Position numbers and translations under genes: made by a program. A stretch of DNA of 64,000 nucleotides. It comes from an uncultured bacterium (lineage in GTDB: Bacteria > Chloroflexota > UBA5177 > JANWHV01). Positions 9,530 through 20,903 of this stretch are shown piece after piece. Where the stretch lies: NCBI GenBank assembly GCA_963827235.1, contig CAWHAE010000009.1, positions 640,001-704,000 on the forward strand. Direction: 5' to 3'. Every line of letters starts with the position of its first letter. Position 1 is the stretch's first letter. The notes beneath the pieces were generated by a model. It saw only the letters and a list, made by a program, of their open reading frames with translations. It was not told where the DNA came from and made no database searches.

Positions 9530-10039
9530 CTAGCTTTCGCTCCACCCAAACTCCGGCGTCTGTTTGATCAGCGCCACGAGCAGTGGTGGGGTAGACGTCG
9601 GCCGGTTCGTGCGCGCGTCGAGGAAGGCAAACACATTCTCGCCGCGCGCCACGAGGTCATTCGAATCGGCCAGGCGAACATCGTAGGTAAAGGTGATCTT
9701 CACCCGTGTGATTTCCGGCACGGTGACCGCGATCGAGAGCAGCGCATCCATGCGGGCAGGCCGCTTATAGTCGCAGGCGACGCGGACGATGGTCATCACA
9801 CGGCCCTCACCCTCCGTACAGCTCTCGTAGGTGTAGCCGAGTGCGCGGAAGATCTCCGTGCGGGCCTCCTCGAACAGATCGAAGTACGTGCCGTGGTACA
9901 CGGCACCGAGCAAGTCCGTGTGATGCATGCGCACGCGGATCTGCCGCACATTTCGCGGAAGATCCGTGTACTGCGCGGCCGCGTCGACTACCCAGCCGCG
10001 GTGAGCAGCCGGCATCCCGGCCGCCGGCGTATTGTCCAT
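9530..10039 (-). CDS. Acyl-CoA thioesterase (YbgC/4HBT hot-dog fold)
   Basis: RVRMHHTDLLGAVYHGTYFDLFEEARTE, CDYKRPARMD. Confidence 0.85.
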   Translation of the reverse strand: MDNTPAAGMPAAHRGWVVDAAAQYTDLPRNVRQIRVRMHHTDLLGAVYHGTYFDLFEEARTEIFRALGYTYESCTEGEGRVMTIVRVACDYKRPARMDALLSIAVTVPEITRVKITFTYDVRLADSNDLVARGENVFAFLDARTNRPTSTPPLLVALIKQTPEFGWSES

Positions 10040-10509
10040 AGTGTGCTAACCCACGGCATCTATTGCCGTATAGGCGGCCAAGGACACATGCGCGCGCCGC
10101 CGATGCATGTCACACTCTGGTCCAGACGGTGGAGCCGGCGGCACGGATGCGAGCTTCTCCCCTTCATGATAAGGCCGCCGGCCCTCTTCACGTGCAAGTA
10201 CAAACCGGACGGGCCGGCATCATCCCGTCAACGCCGCCGACGGGTTCCACTGGCGGCCCTGAAGTCATATGTCACACGGCAGTGCAACGCATGCACGAAA
10301 CGTAGGTTAGGGGTAGCACAAGGCTGCCCGGGTTACGGTCCGGCTGGAGTGACAACGCGATTGGCTGGCGCCGGTGCTTCGTCTCTACCTCGCATGAGCC
10401 TCGGGCTTCATGCGCACTCTGCGATATCTGTGCCGCATGGGACTGCCGCGCATCCGGTATCTTAGGAGAGTGCCGGGATGACCGCATATGGCAGATGAGG
10501 AGAATCGCG

Positions 10510-11040
10510 ATGACGCGCGATGCAGAAGCGGGCCTGCGAGCCAAGATCCGTGATGTGCCCGACTTTCCCATTCCAGGCGTTCTATTCAGGGATATCACGC
10601 CGGTGCTGCAGGACGCTACCGCCTTTCACGATTCCATTGACCTGATCGGCGATCTCTACGATCCGGCCAGCTACGACGTAATCGTGGGCATGGAATCGCG
10701 CGGATTCGTCTTCGGCGCTACGGTCGCGTACAAGTTTCAGCGCGGGTTCGTGCCTATCCGCAAGTTGGGTAAGCTACCCGCGGAGAAGATCTCCGTGGAA
10801 TACGCGCTGGAGTATGGATCCAACACCCTCGAGATGCATCGGGACGGCATCCAACCGGGACAGCGCACCCTGATCATCGACGACCTGCTCGCCACCGGCG
10901 GTACCTGCCGCGCCTCGATCGACCTCGTGCAGCGCGTGGGCGGCATCGTCGTGGGGACGGCGTTTCTCGTGGAGCTCGACTTTCTCAAGGGACGGGAGCG
11001 GCTTGGCAACTACGAGGTGCGGAGCGTTCTCCGGTTTTGA
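10510..11040 (+). CDS. apt: Adenine phosphoribosyltransferase
   Basis: IRDVPDFPIPGVLFRDIT, ESRGF, RKLGKLP, YALEYG, DDLLATGGT. Confidence 0.97.
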   Translation: MTRDAEAGLRAKIRDVPDFPIPGVLFRDITPVLQDATAFHDSIDLIGDLYDPASYDVIVGMESRGFVFGATVAYKFQRGFVPIRKLGKLPAEKISVEYALEYGSNTLEMHRDGIQPGQRTLIIDDLLATGGTCRASIDLVQRVGGIVVGTAFLVELDFLKGRERLGNYEVRSVLRF

Positions 11041-11141
11041 CGGCGATCGTGCACGTCATCGCTTGACGTGTCGACGCACGAATACCACCGGTCGGGTGCT
11101 AGGATATCCGCGCGGGCGATCGGGGGGCAAGCGCGGCGCGG

Positions 11142-11363
11142 CTAGCGAACCCGCCAGGTAATGCGCCCACGCGTGAGGTCGTAGGGAGAGAGTTCGACGC
11201 GCACAATGTCGCCCAGCACTACGCGCACGTAGCGCTGGCGCATCTTGCCGGCTAGATGGGCCAATACCTTGTGCCCATTCTCCAGCTCAACCATGAAATT
11301 CGTGTTCGGCAAGGCCTCAATGACCGTGCCTTCCAGCTCGAGAACGTTGTCCTTCTTCTTCAA
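11142..11363 (-). CDS. infA: Translation initiation factor IF-1
   Basis: [33 protein letters not shown]...[13 protein letters not shown]; TTG start with AAGGAGG RBS. Confidence 0.97.
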   Translation of the reverse strand: MKKKDNVLELEGTVIEALPNTNFMVELENGHKVLAHLAGKMRQRYVRVVLGDIVRVELSPYDLTRGRITWRVR

Positions 11364-11557
11364 GCAATAGCCTCCTTGTTACGGCGCGAACAGAGTAGAG
11401 CCAGTACAGCACATACGATTATACCGTTCTGTGGGCACGGCCAACCGAGTGGCAAAACGCCAGGGGCGTGGGCGCTCTTCGTCACGAGACACGGCATGGG
11501 CTCGGTGTACGCCGCGCTTCTCATAGCACGGCGAGTGATGAGTGCGACTTGCGCGTC

Positions 11558-12520
11558 TCAGGTGATTGGCTGCCTCTCCACCAACGCTATGAGTAGCGCT
11601 GGATCGATGTTCCCGCCGCTCACCACGGCGACGGTACGGCCCCGAGCGGCGCCGGCCAGGGCCGCTGCAGTGGCAACCGCACCGGAGGGCTCGACCACGA
11701 GATGCGCCGAGAGCAGCAGTCTCCGCGTGGTGTCCAGGATGGCGCTGTCCGGCACGGCGACGATGTCGTCCACGAAGCGCTGGATGGCGGCGAAAGGCAG
11801 CTCGCCTACGCGGCGCGCGCGCAGCCCGTCGGCAATCGTCTCCACGTGATCAAGCTCGACGATGTGGCCGCTGCGCAAGGACGCACCGGCATCCGCCGCG
11901 CCTTCGGGCTCAGCGCCGACCACGCGCACTGACGGGCGGCTCAGCTTGACGGCTTGGGAGACGCCGGCGAGCAGTCCGCCGCCGCCGACCGGTACGACGA
12001 CGGTCTCGACATCCGGCACCTGCTCGAGAATCTCGAGGCCGATCGTCCCCTGGCCGGCAATGATGGCCTGGTGATTGTACGGCGGCACCAGCGTGGCGCC
12101 ACGCTCCTCTGCCAGGTTCTCGGCTACGCGGCGCCGGGATTCCGAGTCCGTTCCCGCGAAAATCACTTCAGCGCCGAACCGCCGCGTGGCTTCCAGCTTC
12201 GTCAGGACGGCGTCCTCCGGCATCACGATCGTCGCGTGCACCCCGAGCATGGCCGCGGCGCATGCCACGCCCTGGGCATGGTTGCCCGAGGAATAGGCAA
12301 TCACGCCGTGCGTGAGCTGATCGGGACGCAGAGCGGCGATCAAGTTGTAGGCGCCGCGTATCTTGAAGGAGCCCGTACGCTGTAGATTCTCGCACTTCAA
12401 CAGCACACTCGCGTACGGACCACTTGCGTCCTGCAATGGCAGCGCCGGCGTAAACAAGGCGGCCGGGGCGATACGGGCGCGGGCCTGTCCGATGTCGGCC
12501 TGGCTGAGAAAGTCTGGCAT
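11558..12520 (-). CDS. PLP-dependent threonine/serine dehydratase (no C-terminal ACT domain)
   Basis: KCENLQRTGSFKIRGA, SSGNHAQG, PVGGGGL, VEPSGA, SGGN. Confidence 0.9.
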   Translation of the reverse strand: MPDFLSQADIGQARARIAPAALFTPALPLQDASGPYASVLLKCENLQRTGSFKIRGAYNLIAALRPDQLTHGVIAYSSGNHAQGVACAAAMLGVHATIVMPEDAVLTKLEATRRFGAEVIFAGTDSESRRRVAENLAEERGATLVPPYNHQAIIAGQGTIGLEILEQVPDVETVVVPVGGGGLLAGVSQAVKLSRPSVRVVGAEPEGAADAGASLRSGHIVELDHVETIADGLRARRVGELPFAAIQRFVDDIVAVPDSAILDTTRRLLLSAHLVVEPSGAVATAAALAGAARGRTVAVVSGGNIDPALLIALVERQPIT

Positions 12521-12699
12521 CGTTGCGCGATCCGATATCTTATCTGTGAATAGTCTCGCCTTCATCATATACTTCGCCAGTCTCACCGCACCAGGATAAG
12601 CACCTCGATTCGCCATCGCACTTCCTGCTTGGCCCTGGGCGACCAATGGGCACAGTTCTTAGTGCATCTGGTAGCGTCGCTGCTCGCCGTGCCGGTGAC

Positions 12700-12955
12700 C
12701 TGGTCGGCCTTGTGCCATGACGTCCGCCGGCAAACTGCCTGGGACCATCACTTCTTCGCCTACATTCCGGCCAAGGCGAGCAAAACGCAGCGCCTGCCCG
12801 CCCGGCGACTCCACGTGCCACGTGCCGCGCTGCTGGGTCGTGGTAGCGGCGCATTCCTGGTTCAATCGTTTCCGACACCTACCCATTCACTGGGAGAAGC
12901 GGGCCAACAACTATCCTGCTCGCGTCCAGCTGGCCGCGACTCTGATCGCTCACTG
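12700..12955 (+). mobile_element. IS5-family transposase C-terminal remnant
   Basis: RCWVVVAAHSWFNRFRHLPIHWEKRANNY..VQLAATLI resembles the IS5 consensus RWVVERTHSW.NRFRRL.IRWEK..NY. Confidence 0.7.
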
Positions 12956-13080
12956 CTGCGTGGCAAGGTTCGGCATGCACGATCACATACAGGATGGACT
13001 GCAATCGGCTGAAACTTGCGCGCGAGTAGGAGAAATGTCGGAGTGAGAACGAACCCGTCACGTGGTATAGTAAGCGCACT

Positions 13081-13245
13081 TTGAACGCACACGCTGGGCA
13101 AGCGACGCTCGACGCGGCCCTCCGTAGCGGTCTAGTTGAATGCACACGCTGGGCAAGCGACGCTCGACGCGGCCCTCCGCAGCGGTCTAGTTGAATGCAC
13201 ACGCTGGGCAAGCGACGCTCGATGCGGCCCTCCGTTGCGGTCTAG
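13081..13245. repeat. 3 x 55-bp tandem repeat
   Basis: Units start at 13081, 13136 and 13191: TTGAAYGCACACGCTGGGCAAGCGACGCTCGAYGCGGCCCTCCGYWGCGGTCTAG. Confidence 0.97.
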
Positions 13246-13253
13246 GTGGCTGT

Positions 13254-16200
13254 ATGAGCACGACTGAGAGTGGGCCCAGGTCCGTCACGCCACTTTCCGC
13301 GGCTATTTCTTCGCCCGAGGCAGAGGATGGAGGAGTCGCCGTGCCTGGAGGTGGCTTGTCCGCGCACGTCGATCCTCGCGGTGGCCTGTCGACAGCAGCG
13401 GTCGTCAAGGCAATTTGGACATCGAGGGGAGCGTGGTTGGGCCTGGGGGCATGGCTTCTGGCGCTGTCTGCCACGGTATCGCTTTCGGACGAGACCACTT
13501 CTACCCGTGACGGCGTGCTGCTGGCGATCGCGGCAGGATTGGCGGTGCTGGCATGGGGCGCCGGTGCGAAGCGAACAATGATTGGGCCAACCTATTCGCC
13601 GGCTCAGACATGTCGATGGGACCGTAATCTCTGGCTGCGACTGGTCGTCGGCCTGATCGCTGCTGGTGTGCTGATTCTGAGCGCAGACACATGGTACCTT
13701 GAGCACCCTGGTGAGACCTTCGGGGTTGCCGGCGTGTTGTGGCTGCTGGGAATAGGGGTGCTTGTAGGTGTCGCTGCCACCTGGCCTCATGGCTCGACCA
13801 GCAAGAACGAGGGGACAGCAAGCGCGGAGGCGGCACCATTCTGCAGAGCCGAGATCCTCGCGTTCATCGGGCTGGTAGTGCTGGCTACGGTACTCCGCGT
13901 CTGGGCGCTAGCAGACTTCCCGCGAGCGATTCATAGCGACGAAGTGATGACCAAAGCGGTCGCTATGGGCGCCTTTGGAAGTGGCCATTCCGTCTCTGTT
14001 TTCCAGACAGTCTGGTCCCTAGTCGATTTGCCTGCCTTGTGGTTCGCAGGGGTAGCAGCATCGCTGCATATGTTCGGCAACACCCTGGAAGGCCTTCGTT
14101 TGCCAGCGGCGATGTTTGGAGCGGCAACTGTAATACCGTTCTATGGGTTGGTGCGTGAGTTAAGCGGGCGAGCCACGGCGATAGCAGGCACCTTCATCTT
14201 GGCTGTAAGCGCCTCAAATCTGCAGTACAGCCGCGTCGGCGTCAATAACATCACTACATCGTTCTTCTGGGCAGCTTGCTTCTACTTTCTGGTGCGAGGG
14301 GTGCGGCGTCATCGTGCGCTAGACTGGGTGCTGGCCGGTGTGGTCGGCGGCTTGAGCGAATATGCCTTCTACGGTACGCGGCTACTCGGGTTCATTCTGT
14401 TGGCCTACGCAGCGTATCTGCTCATCGCCTATCGCAACCAGCTCTGGCAGACCCTGGGAAACCTGGCGTTGCTGCTAGCCGGCTATGTAGCAGGCTTCGG
14501 CCCGCTTCTTGCCTACTACATCAGTCACCCCGACGTATACTTCGCACGTGGCAGAAACGAGCTCATCTGGAACCACATTCCGACCAGCTGGCACGATGTC
14601 CAGCTTATGTGGACGACGCTTAGGCCACCTATCGTAGCCAATCTGCTGGCGTTTAGCACAACACGAGACAATGGGAGCTTCTACTGGGCAGCTTTGCTCC
14701 TGCCGGCGGAGGCGGCTCTGCTAGTCTTGGGCGCGGCCATGTTAATCCGTTGCTGGCAGCGCCCAGGTGCGTTCCTCCTGCTGCTGTCAGGATTTGGCAC
14801 GCTTCTTGTGGGCGGCACCTTGGTGGGCCCCGCCCCTTCTCTCCAGCTCTGGACACCAGCATTTCCTGCAATCTATGCAGCATTGGCCTTGCCCATAGGA
14901 GCGTGGCTTGAGAGCCTTTCCAGGTGGCAGATACGCTGGCCGCATAGGCTTGGTGTGCTAGCCGTAGTTGTCGGGCTCGGAGTTTCGGGCTGGTGCAATA
15001 TTGACTTCTACTTTAACCACTACTACATCGGTGACCCTGGATTCGAAGTGCGTTCGGATCAGAGCCACTGGGAAGCTGCACTGGGTCCAACCTATCGGGT
15101 TCGCACAGTCGGGGCGAGCTGGCAGAGCTACTCGCAGGAGTACACTCAGATGCTTATCACCGACCAGGACGGATCCGGCATTCTGAATCCAGCGGCCGAG
15201 TTGCCGTTGCCGTATTCCGCGGGTAAGGGCATCGGCTTCGCGTTCTTCGGTGATGAGGAGCAGTACATCCCTGAAGTCCGGGCCCTGTATCCGGGCGGCA
15301 GGTCCGGTGAGGTATATAGCCAAGGCGGCGACCCGCTATTCTCCACCTATGTCGTCACACCAGCGCAGGTTGAGCAGTTGGCAGGCGTAACGCTTGACCT
15401 AGTAGGCACGCAGCGCAATGTCTACCATTGGCAAGGGAGTGTCGATACGTTTGGCGACCTTCCGCCACACATACATGGCCCCATGGCAGCTACTTGGAGT
15501 AGCCTGCTCTATCTGCCGAGGCTCGCGGCTTATCAGATTTCCCTTGCAGGGCCCGCTACTCGCCTGCTGTTTGATGGACGGTCTGTGCAGGCTGTGAACG
15601 CCATATTGCCCCCGGGCTGGCACCGAGTCGTCGTCGAGGCAATGCTCCCGCTGCACAGCGCACTGCGTCTCCGGCTGTGCCAGGACTCGGGACCAGTCAC
15701 CGAGGTGAGCCGCACAATGCTCTGGCCGGTGGCGCCATATACCGGTGTGCTTGGCGCGGTACAAGGCACTATGCAGCCCCTAGTGGACCGCGTTGACCCC
15801 TTCATTGGCTTCACAATGGCCGACCAATGGCAAGACATGACCCAACCCGACATTGCGACACCGGCGCTGCTGGGGCCGTACTGGCAGGCCGCAATGCCGT
15901 TGCGGATTGGCTGGGCAGGCCAGTTGTGGATAGCATCGACGGGCGCGTACGGGTTCGCGCTGCGGACATCCGGCCAGGCGCGACTGCTTCTTGACGGTAA
16001 AGAAGCGCTAACAGGCTGCTCGGTCAGCGCCGCGGTGCAACCGACCATATCGCGGTATCTCACCCGGGGTTGGCACTCTCTCCAGTTGGCATTCGTCGGG
16101 ATGCCAAGCGGCAGTGTGATCGAGCTGTATTGGCAACCCCCGGGCGGCGATTTGAGCGTGATCCCTCCGACCGTCTTGCGCTACGCAACGCCTGATGGGA

Positions 16201-16274
16201 GACAGCTACAACCCGCAGCGCCGACGACCAAAGAGCTTTGCGCGTCGAAGGCCGGCGATCAGCCACAGAGCTAA
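13254..16274 (+). CDS. GT-C (ArnT/PMT, GT39-like) glycosyltransferase with C-terminal PA14-like domain
   Basis: Multi-TM; LRVWAL...IHSDE, LRLPAAMFG, YSR; C-terminal WAGQL...GAYGFALRTSGQARLLLDG...ELYWQPPG. Confidence 0.8.
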   Translation: MSTTESGPRSVTPLSAAISSPEAEDGGVAVPGGGLSAHVDPRGGLSTAAVVKAIWTSRGAWLGLGAWLLALSATVSLSDETTSTRDGVLLAIAAGLAVLAWGAGAKRTMIGPTYSPAQTCRWDRNLWLRLVVGLIAAGVLILSADTWYLEHPGETFGVAGVLWLLGIGVLVGVAATWPHGSTSKNEGTASAEAAPFCRAEILAFIGLVVLATVLRVWALADFPRAIHSDEVMTKAVAMGAFGSGHSVSVFQTVWSLVDLPALWFAGVAASLHMFGNTLEGLRLPAAMFGAATVIPFYGLVRELSGRATAIAGTFILAVSASNLQYSRVGVNNITTSFFWAACFYFLVRGVRRHRALDWVLAGVVGGLSEYAFYGTRLLGFILLAYAAYLLIAYRNQLWQTLGNLALLLAGYVAGFGPLLAYYISHPDVYFARGRNELIWNHIPTSWHDVQLMWTTLRPPIVANLLAFSTTRDNGSFYWAALLLPAEAALLVLGAAMLIRCWQRPGAFLLLLSGFGTLLVGGTLVGPAPSLQLWTPAFPAIYAALALPIGAWLESLSRWQIRWPHRLGVLAVVVGLGVSGWCNIDFYFNHYYIGDPGFEVRSDQSHWEAALGPTYRVRTVGASWQSYSQEYTQMLITDQDGSGILNPAAELPLPYSAGKGIGFAFFGDEEQYIPEVRALYPGGRSGEVYSQGGDPLFSTYVVTPAQVEQLAGVTLDLVGTQRNVYHWQGSVDTFGDLPPHIHGPMAATWSSLLYLPRLAAYQISLAGPATRLLFDGRSVQAVNAILPPGWHRVVVEAMLPLHSALRLRLCQDSGPVTEVSRTMLWPVAPYTGVLGAVQGTMQPLVDRVDPFIGFTMADQWQDMTQPDIATPALLGPYWQAAMPLRIGWAGQLWIASTGAYGFALRTSGQARLLLDGKEALTGCSVSAAVQPTISRYLTRGWHSLQLAFVGMPSGSVIELYWQPPGGDLSVIPPTVLRYATPDGRQLQPAAPTTKELCASKAGDQPQS

Positions 16275-16355
16275 TGCGATGCCGCGATCTTCGTAGCACG
16301 AAGAGCACCCACTATGCGACGCCGGTATGAAGAGGCAGAGCACGTGGGCGGTTCG

Positions 16356-18410
16356 TCAGATGCGATAGAGCCAATAGGTCTCATCGACCGTGTAGGTATG
16401 AAACCTGCTCAACGTTCCGTGCGGATAGCGTTGCTCGAGGCGAGGAATCAGGCCTACCGCACTCGGGGCGATAAAGACGTAGTCGCCTCCCTTCGGCACT
16501 CGCGGGCACACTTTTGCGTCGACATCATTGAACAGGGTGCACGTTATAGCCTTGGGGGCAAGAAAGCGAATAACCTCATCGTTCATGTAGAGGTCACCCG
16601 CGCTCAACCCGACGGCATAGACTGTACCACGGCTCCGCAAGAAGTTACCAATGTCCATTGGGGCCGCCATACCATTCTGTCGACTTGTCGGTACATATTC
16701 GCCAAAATACCAATGATAGTTGCCGTACGCGATGGCCAGCAGGAGTAGCACGGCGCACACGGAAGAAGGAATTACCGCGTACGGCACCTGCTCCAATACT
16801 GTCCAAAGGTCGTCAATCAGCGCAGCGATCAGGAGCGAGATTATTGGCACTAGAACGACAAGACGAGGCCAATACGGCATGTTGATTGTCATAGCTCCTC
16901 CGACGACGAGAACCGAGACGAACGAAATGAGGCAGATGGAATATCGTGGCTTGCGGAATTGGAAGAAAGAGTAACACACCGCCGCAGGGAGCAATGCGGA
17001 GCTGATCGGATCAATCATCGGGTACGTTGCACCATACTGCAAGCCGCCGTCGCCAGCGTAAAACAGTGTCTGTACAGTTCTCCAGAGCTCTGTTCTTAGC
17101 ATGTACCCGAGGTCGTGAGTACCGAATAGTGCGGTGAGCTGTATCTGGATGTCAGGAAGATTACTGAAAATGGTCTCGTCTTCTGAATGGCCCATGAACA
17201 CAGCCCAGTTGTGCAGAATGTAGACGCCAATTGGAGCTGCACTCACAAGGCACCCGAAAGCCGCCCAGCTCAGCAGCCGTAAACGTGCGGCGAGCACAGA
17301 GCGGTAGCCCGTAAGCAAGAGAGCAAGAACATAGATTGGCAGGATAATAAAGCAGATTCTTGATCCAAAGTACGCATGAATGTCGAAAGTGAGCATGAAT
17401 CCTGTTGCCACTGCCGATAAGCGCGAGCCACGGCGTAACGTGCGTATGAAGAAGTAGAAGGTAAGGGGTACGGCAAGGTCACCAGAAATGACCTGGATGC
17501 CAACGCGGCTGAAGTGAATGTTGTCATGAGAAACGGACAGTAGTGCTGCGGCAAGTAGGCCAGCTCTCCAGTTGAACAGCTCGCTGCCGAGTAGGGCCAC
17601 GGCGATGATGGACAGCAATCCAAGGGCGACGGAGCCGAGCCGCTGGGCCACCAAGCTGTCGCCAAAGACTCCCTGAAACATGGCGTACCAGACGTGTACA
17701 AGCATAGGGAGCTGCGACCAGCTCGAAATGGTGAAGATGCTGGGAACTTGTCCATCGAGAATTGCGCGGGCCTGGAGAGCATCGTTGGCCTCATCAAAGT
17801 GCATGAAGCCGGGGATGGTGGCAAGATTGACCAGTCTCAACGCGGCGGCGACCGCGAGAATCGTCGCCAATGCCAGTGCCTGCCACCTCCAGGCTTTCAC
17901 GGCCAGAACACTGTCGCGCAAGGCTGCGGCCGTGTGCCGGTCGCAGGCAGCGATCACGGCGGCAACCATCCCCAAGACCCAGAGGACAACTGCGAGGCTG
18001 GACGAGCTGCCAATCTGCACCAAGAGTGCGGCCGCGGCACTGGAAGCCGATGCAGCCGCGACAAGCACATAGGTGACATGGAGAAGGCGAGGAGAGGATC
18101 GCGGCACGGTCCATCGGCTCGGCAGGCTCGGTCGTCTGATGCCAAAGGCCAGGATCGCTCCGGTCGGGATCCCCAAGATAAGCAGCTTGAGCAGTAACTC
18201 GGTCGAGAGCGGGCCGGAGTAGAGCTGAAGCTGCAGGGCAAAACTCAGCGCGAGGAACGCCAGCACGGTGCTGGCGACGAGGAGGTACCGGATGACAGAC
18301 GGGCGCGATTGTGGGCTCGGCGCCTCCGGCGAGGCTCGCTCAGGTATCATCGCACACTTCCCAATGCCGCGGATGTGCTGCAGCAGGCGCCTAAACATGA
18401 TGCTTGACAT
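16356..18410 (-). CDS. GT-C (ArnT/PMT, GT39-like) glycosyltransferase
   Basis: LRLVNLATIPGFMHFDEA, IHFSR, many TM helices; paralogous to its neighbours. Confidence 0.8.
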   Translation of the reverse strand: MSSIMFRRLLQHIRGIGKCAMIPERASPEAPSPQSRPSVIRYLLVASTVLAFLALSFALQLQLYSGPLSTELLLKLLILGIPTGAILAFGIRRPSLPSRWTVPRSSPRLLHVTYVLVAAASASSAAAALLVQIGSSSSLAVVLWVLGMVAAVIAACDRHTAAALRDSVLAVKAWRWQALALATILAVAAALRLVNLATIPGFMHFDEANDALQARAILDGQVPSIFTISSWSQLPMLVHVWYAMFQGVFGDSLVAQRLGSVALGLLSIIAVALLGSELFNWRAGLLAAALLSVSHDNIHFSRVGIQVISGDLAVPLTFYFFIRTLRRGSRLSAVATGFMLTFDIHAYFGSRICFIILPIYVLALLLTGYRSVLAARLRLLSWAAFGCLVSAAPIGVYILHNWAVFMGHSEDETIFSNLPDIQIQLTALFGTHDLGYMLRTELWRTVQTLFYAGDGGLQYGATYPMIDPISSALLPAAVCYSFFQFRKPRYSICLISFVSVLVVGGAMTINMPYWPRLVVLVPIISLLIAALIDDLWTVLEQVPYAVIPSSVCAVLLLLAIAYGNYHWYFGEYVPTSRQNGMAAPMDIGNFLRSRGTVYAVGLSAGDLYMNDEVIRFLAPKAITCTLFNDVDAKVCPRVPKGGDYVFIAPSAVGLIPRLEQRYPHGTLSRFHTYTVDETYWLYRI

Positions 18411-18663
18411 TTTCTCTTGCCGGTTTGGGCTGCACGCTTCGAGCCCGCCTCATAGAAGGTGCAGCCTTGTCGACAGATAACTATCCACCTGATTGGGGTC
18501 TGGCGAAAGCACTGATGCTTACCACAAGTGCGCAATCATGAGAGCGATTTGCGGTCGGTTGTTCCATGGCGGAGGATGGCCATGTGATGGGCTGACCTCG
18601 GCACCAAGACGGTATCCACCCCTTGGCAGCCTTCATGTGCCAAGTTGGAAGCGTCGGCAGACA

Positions 18664-20752
18664 CTAGCTTGTAGACCCATGCGGAGCTGGGCCACGTCGC
18701 GCCAGTGCCGTGACCTTGGCTCCCGCCACCGATCGCTGGCGGATCCTGTAGACATAGAGACTGGCATGGTCCAGCGTGTATGTCTTGAGTGTGCTCAGGC
18801 TACCTCCAGGATATGCCGCCTCGATCTGGGCAATGAACTGCATACGAGTCGGGACAATAATGAAGATGCGGTCGCGGCTGGGCATTGGTGGGCAGCTCGC
18901 TATGTTGATCCCGTCCAAGACAGTGCACGTCCGGATATTCGGCGCAAGAAGCTGGATGGCTTGATGGTCCATGTAGAGGGCACCATCGGAGATGCCGTAG
19001 ACGGCGGGATCATCCGTGATGGCACGGAGGTAGTTGCCGATATCCATGGGAGCGGCAAGACCGTAGCTTTGACTGACGCGCGGTTGATACTCGTTGAAAT
19101 ACCAGTTGTAGTTGCCCCAAGCCACTCCAGCCAGGAGTGCCAACAATGCCAGGCTTGCAGGCAGCATTAGCGGCCGCCAGCGGACCAGCGACTGCCACAA
19201 CGCGTCGAGAAAGCCGGCTATCAGCAGCGCCACTATTGGCGGCAGCACGATCAGCCGTGGCCAAAATGGCGCGTCGATGGTTAGCACGCCGCCGACGATC
19301 ACCACGCCCACAAGGGAGATAGCGCAGATAGCGAAGCCTGCACGACGTGCGCGAAGAGCCGCATAGGCTACAGCGGCCGGAATTACCGCAGCACTAAGCG
19401 GATCCAGCATGGGATGCCAACTGCCGTACTGTAGCGACCCATCTCCCAGGAAGTTGAACGTCTGTACTATGTGCCAGAGCTGCGTCCTGAGTATGCTGAC
19501 TGCATCCTGCGTACCGTAGATGCTGCGAACGTGGTCCTGCGTGTCCGGCAAGCCGCCAAGCACCAGTACAGCGCGTGTCCGGCTTGTAAAGGCATCCCAG
19601 TCGCCCAAGATGGCGGCTCCAATCGGTGCTACTCCCACGATCCAGCCACCAACGAGCCATGCCAGAGTCGGAAGTCGTGGGCGCAGCAGGTTTCGGTCAC
19701 TTACGAGCAACACGTAGCCAATGATCAGAGGCGCAATGACATATGCCACACGTCCGGCGTAGTAGACCTGGATATCCACACTCAGCATAATGCCGGCACC
19801 TACTGCTGCCATCCGTGATCCGTAGCGCAACGCCAGCACAATCAAGTAGATGGAAACCACAACGGCAAACATCGCTTGCACATAGTGGTGACCCACACGG
19901 CTGAAATGAATGGCCACGTGGGAGAATGTGAGCAGTGCTGCCGCGAGCAACCCGGCGCGCCATGAGAACAACTCTCGGCCGAGTAACGCGACGACTCCGA
20001 CCGACGCAATACCCAGTACAGCCGAGGACAGGCGTAGCGCGAAAAGGCTGTCACCGAACAGCTTGAAGAACAGGGCATCCCAGGAATAACCCAGAATCGG
20101 CAGCTCAGCCCAACCATTGGAGAATAGGCTCGACACCTGGCCATCCGCCACGCTGCGAGCCATGAGTCCGTTTGAAGCCTCGTCGTTATGAATGTAGCCT
20201 GGGATAGTCTCAAGCGCTGGAATCCGCAAGACGGCAGCCATGATAATCACGGCGAGTGCTGCCAGTGCGGGCCATGCGTACCGCAGTCGCACGTCGCTGA
20301 AGCGAGTCGGTCTGGCGCCGAGTCGCCTCAACGAGCCGGCTGGAGCAGCAGCAATCAAGAATCAGCGCCAGCCCGAGAATCCACGCTACCGTGCTAACCG
20401 TCGGCGAGCCATTCGTATGCACCAGCCAGGCCGCACCCAGCGAGAGTAGCAGGGCGATGCCGGCCAGCACATACTGTGGCATGGCTACGAGCCCGGTGCT
20501 CCCGGTAGCGCCGTGCCATCGTCCCGGTTGAGCCGGCTGCGTCGTGCAGAAGGCGAGCAGGCAGCCGGCCAGCAGGCCCAACGCCCCGAGCCACACAAAG
20601 ATGTTGGTGGGCCCTCCCTGATCGAGCAGCTGTAGCTCCTCGCTGAAGCTGCGAAAGAGGAGAATGAGTACTACAATCGGGGCAACGTACGGCAGCAACG
20701 GTGTCCAGGCGGCGAAGAAGCGGGCCGTCCGCGATCTACTATCCTGGCTCAA
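18664..20752 (-). pseudogene. GT-C glycosyltransferase split by a frameshift near 20358
   Basis: ORF 20210-20752 (N-terminal TMs) continues in another frame as ORF 18664-20358 (IHNDEA, IHFSR); the paralogue at 16356-18410 is continuous here. Confidence 0.7.
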
Positions 20753-20903
20753 TGTTCCTCCTGAGTATCATCCGGCACATACTTGCCACACTATTCGGCG
20801 ACTCGACGCAATACAGCAGTCTTCGGTGTTCCGAAACGGTAAACTCATCCCTAGTCGGGCGTGACAAGGTGAGTATATCCGCAGTGCCTGGGAGCACGAG
20901 CCA

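Noticed and set aside
10040-10500. Possible ncRNA or small ORF between the thioesterase and apt
   Set aside because: No recognisable RNA motif or convincing ORF
13081-13245. CRISPR array
   Set aside because: Units are contiguous with no unique spacers, and no cas genes are in the window
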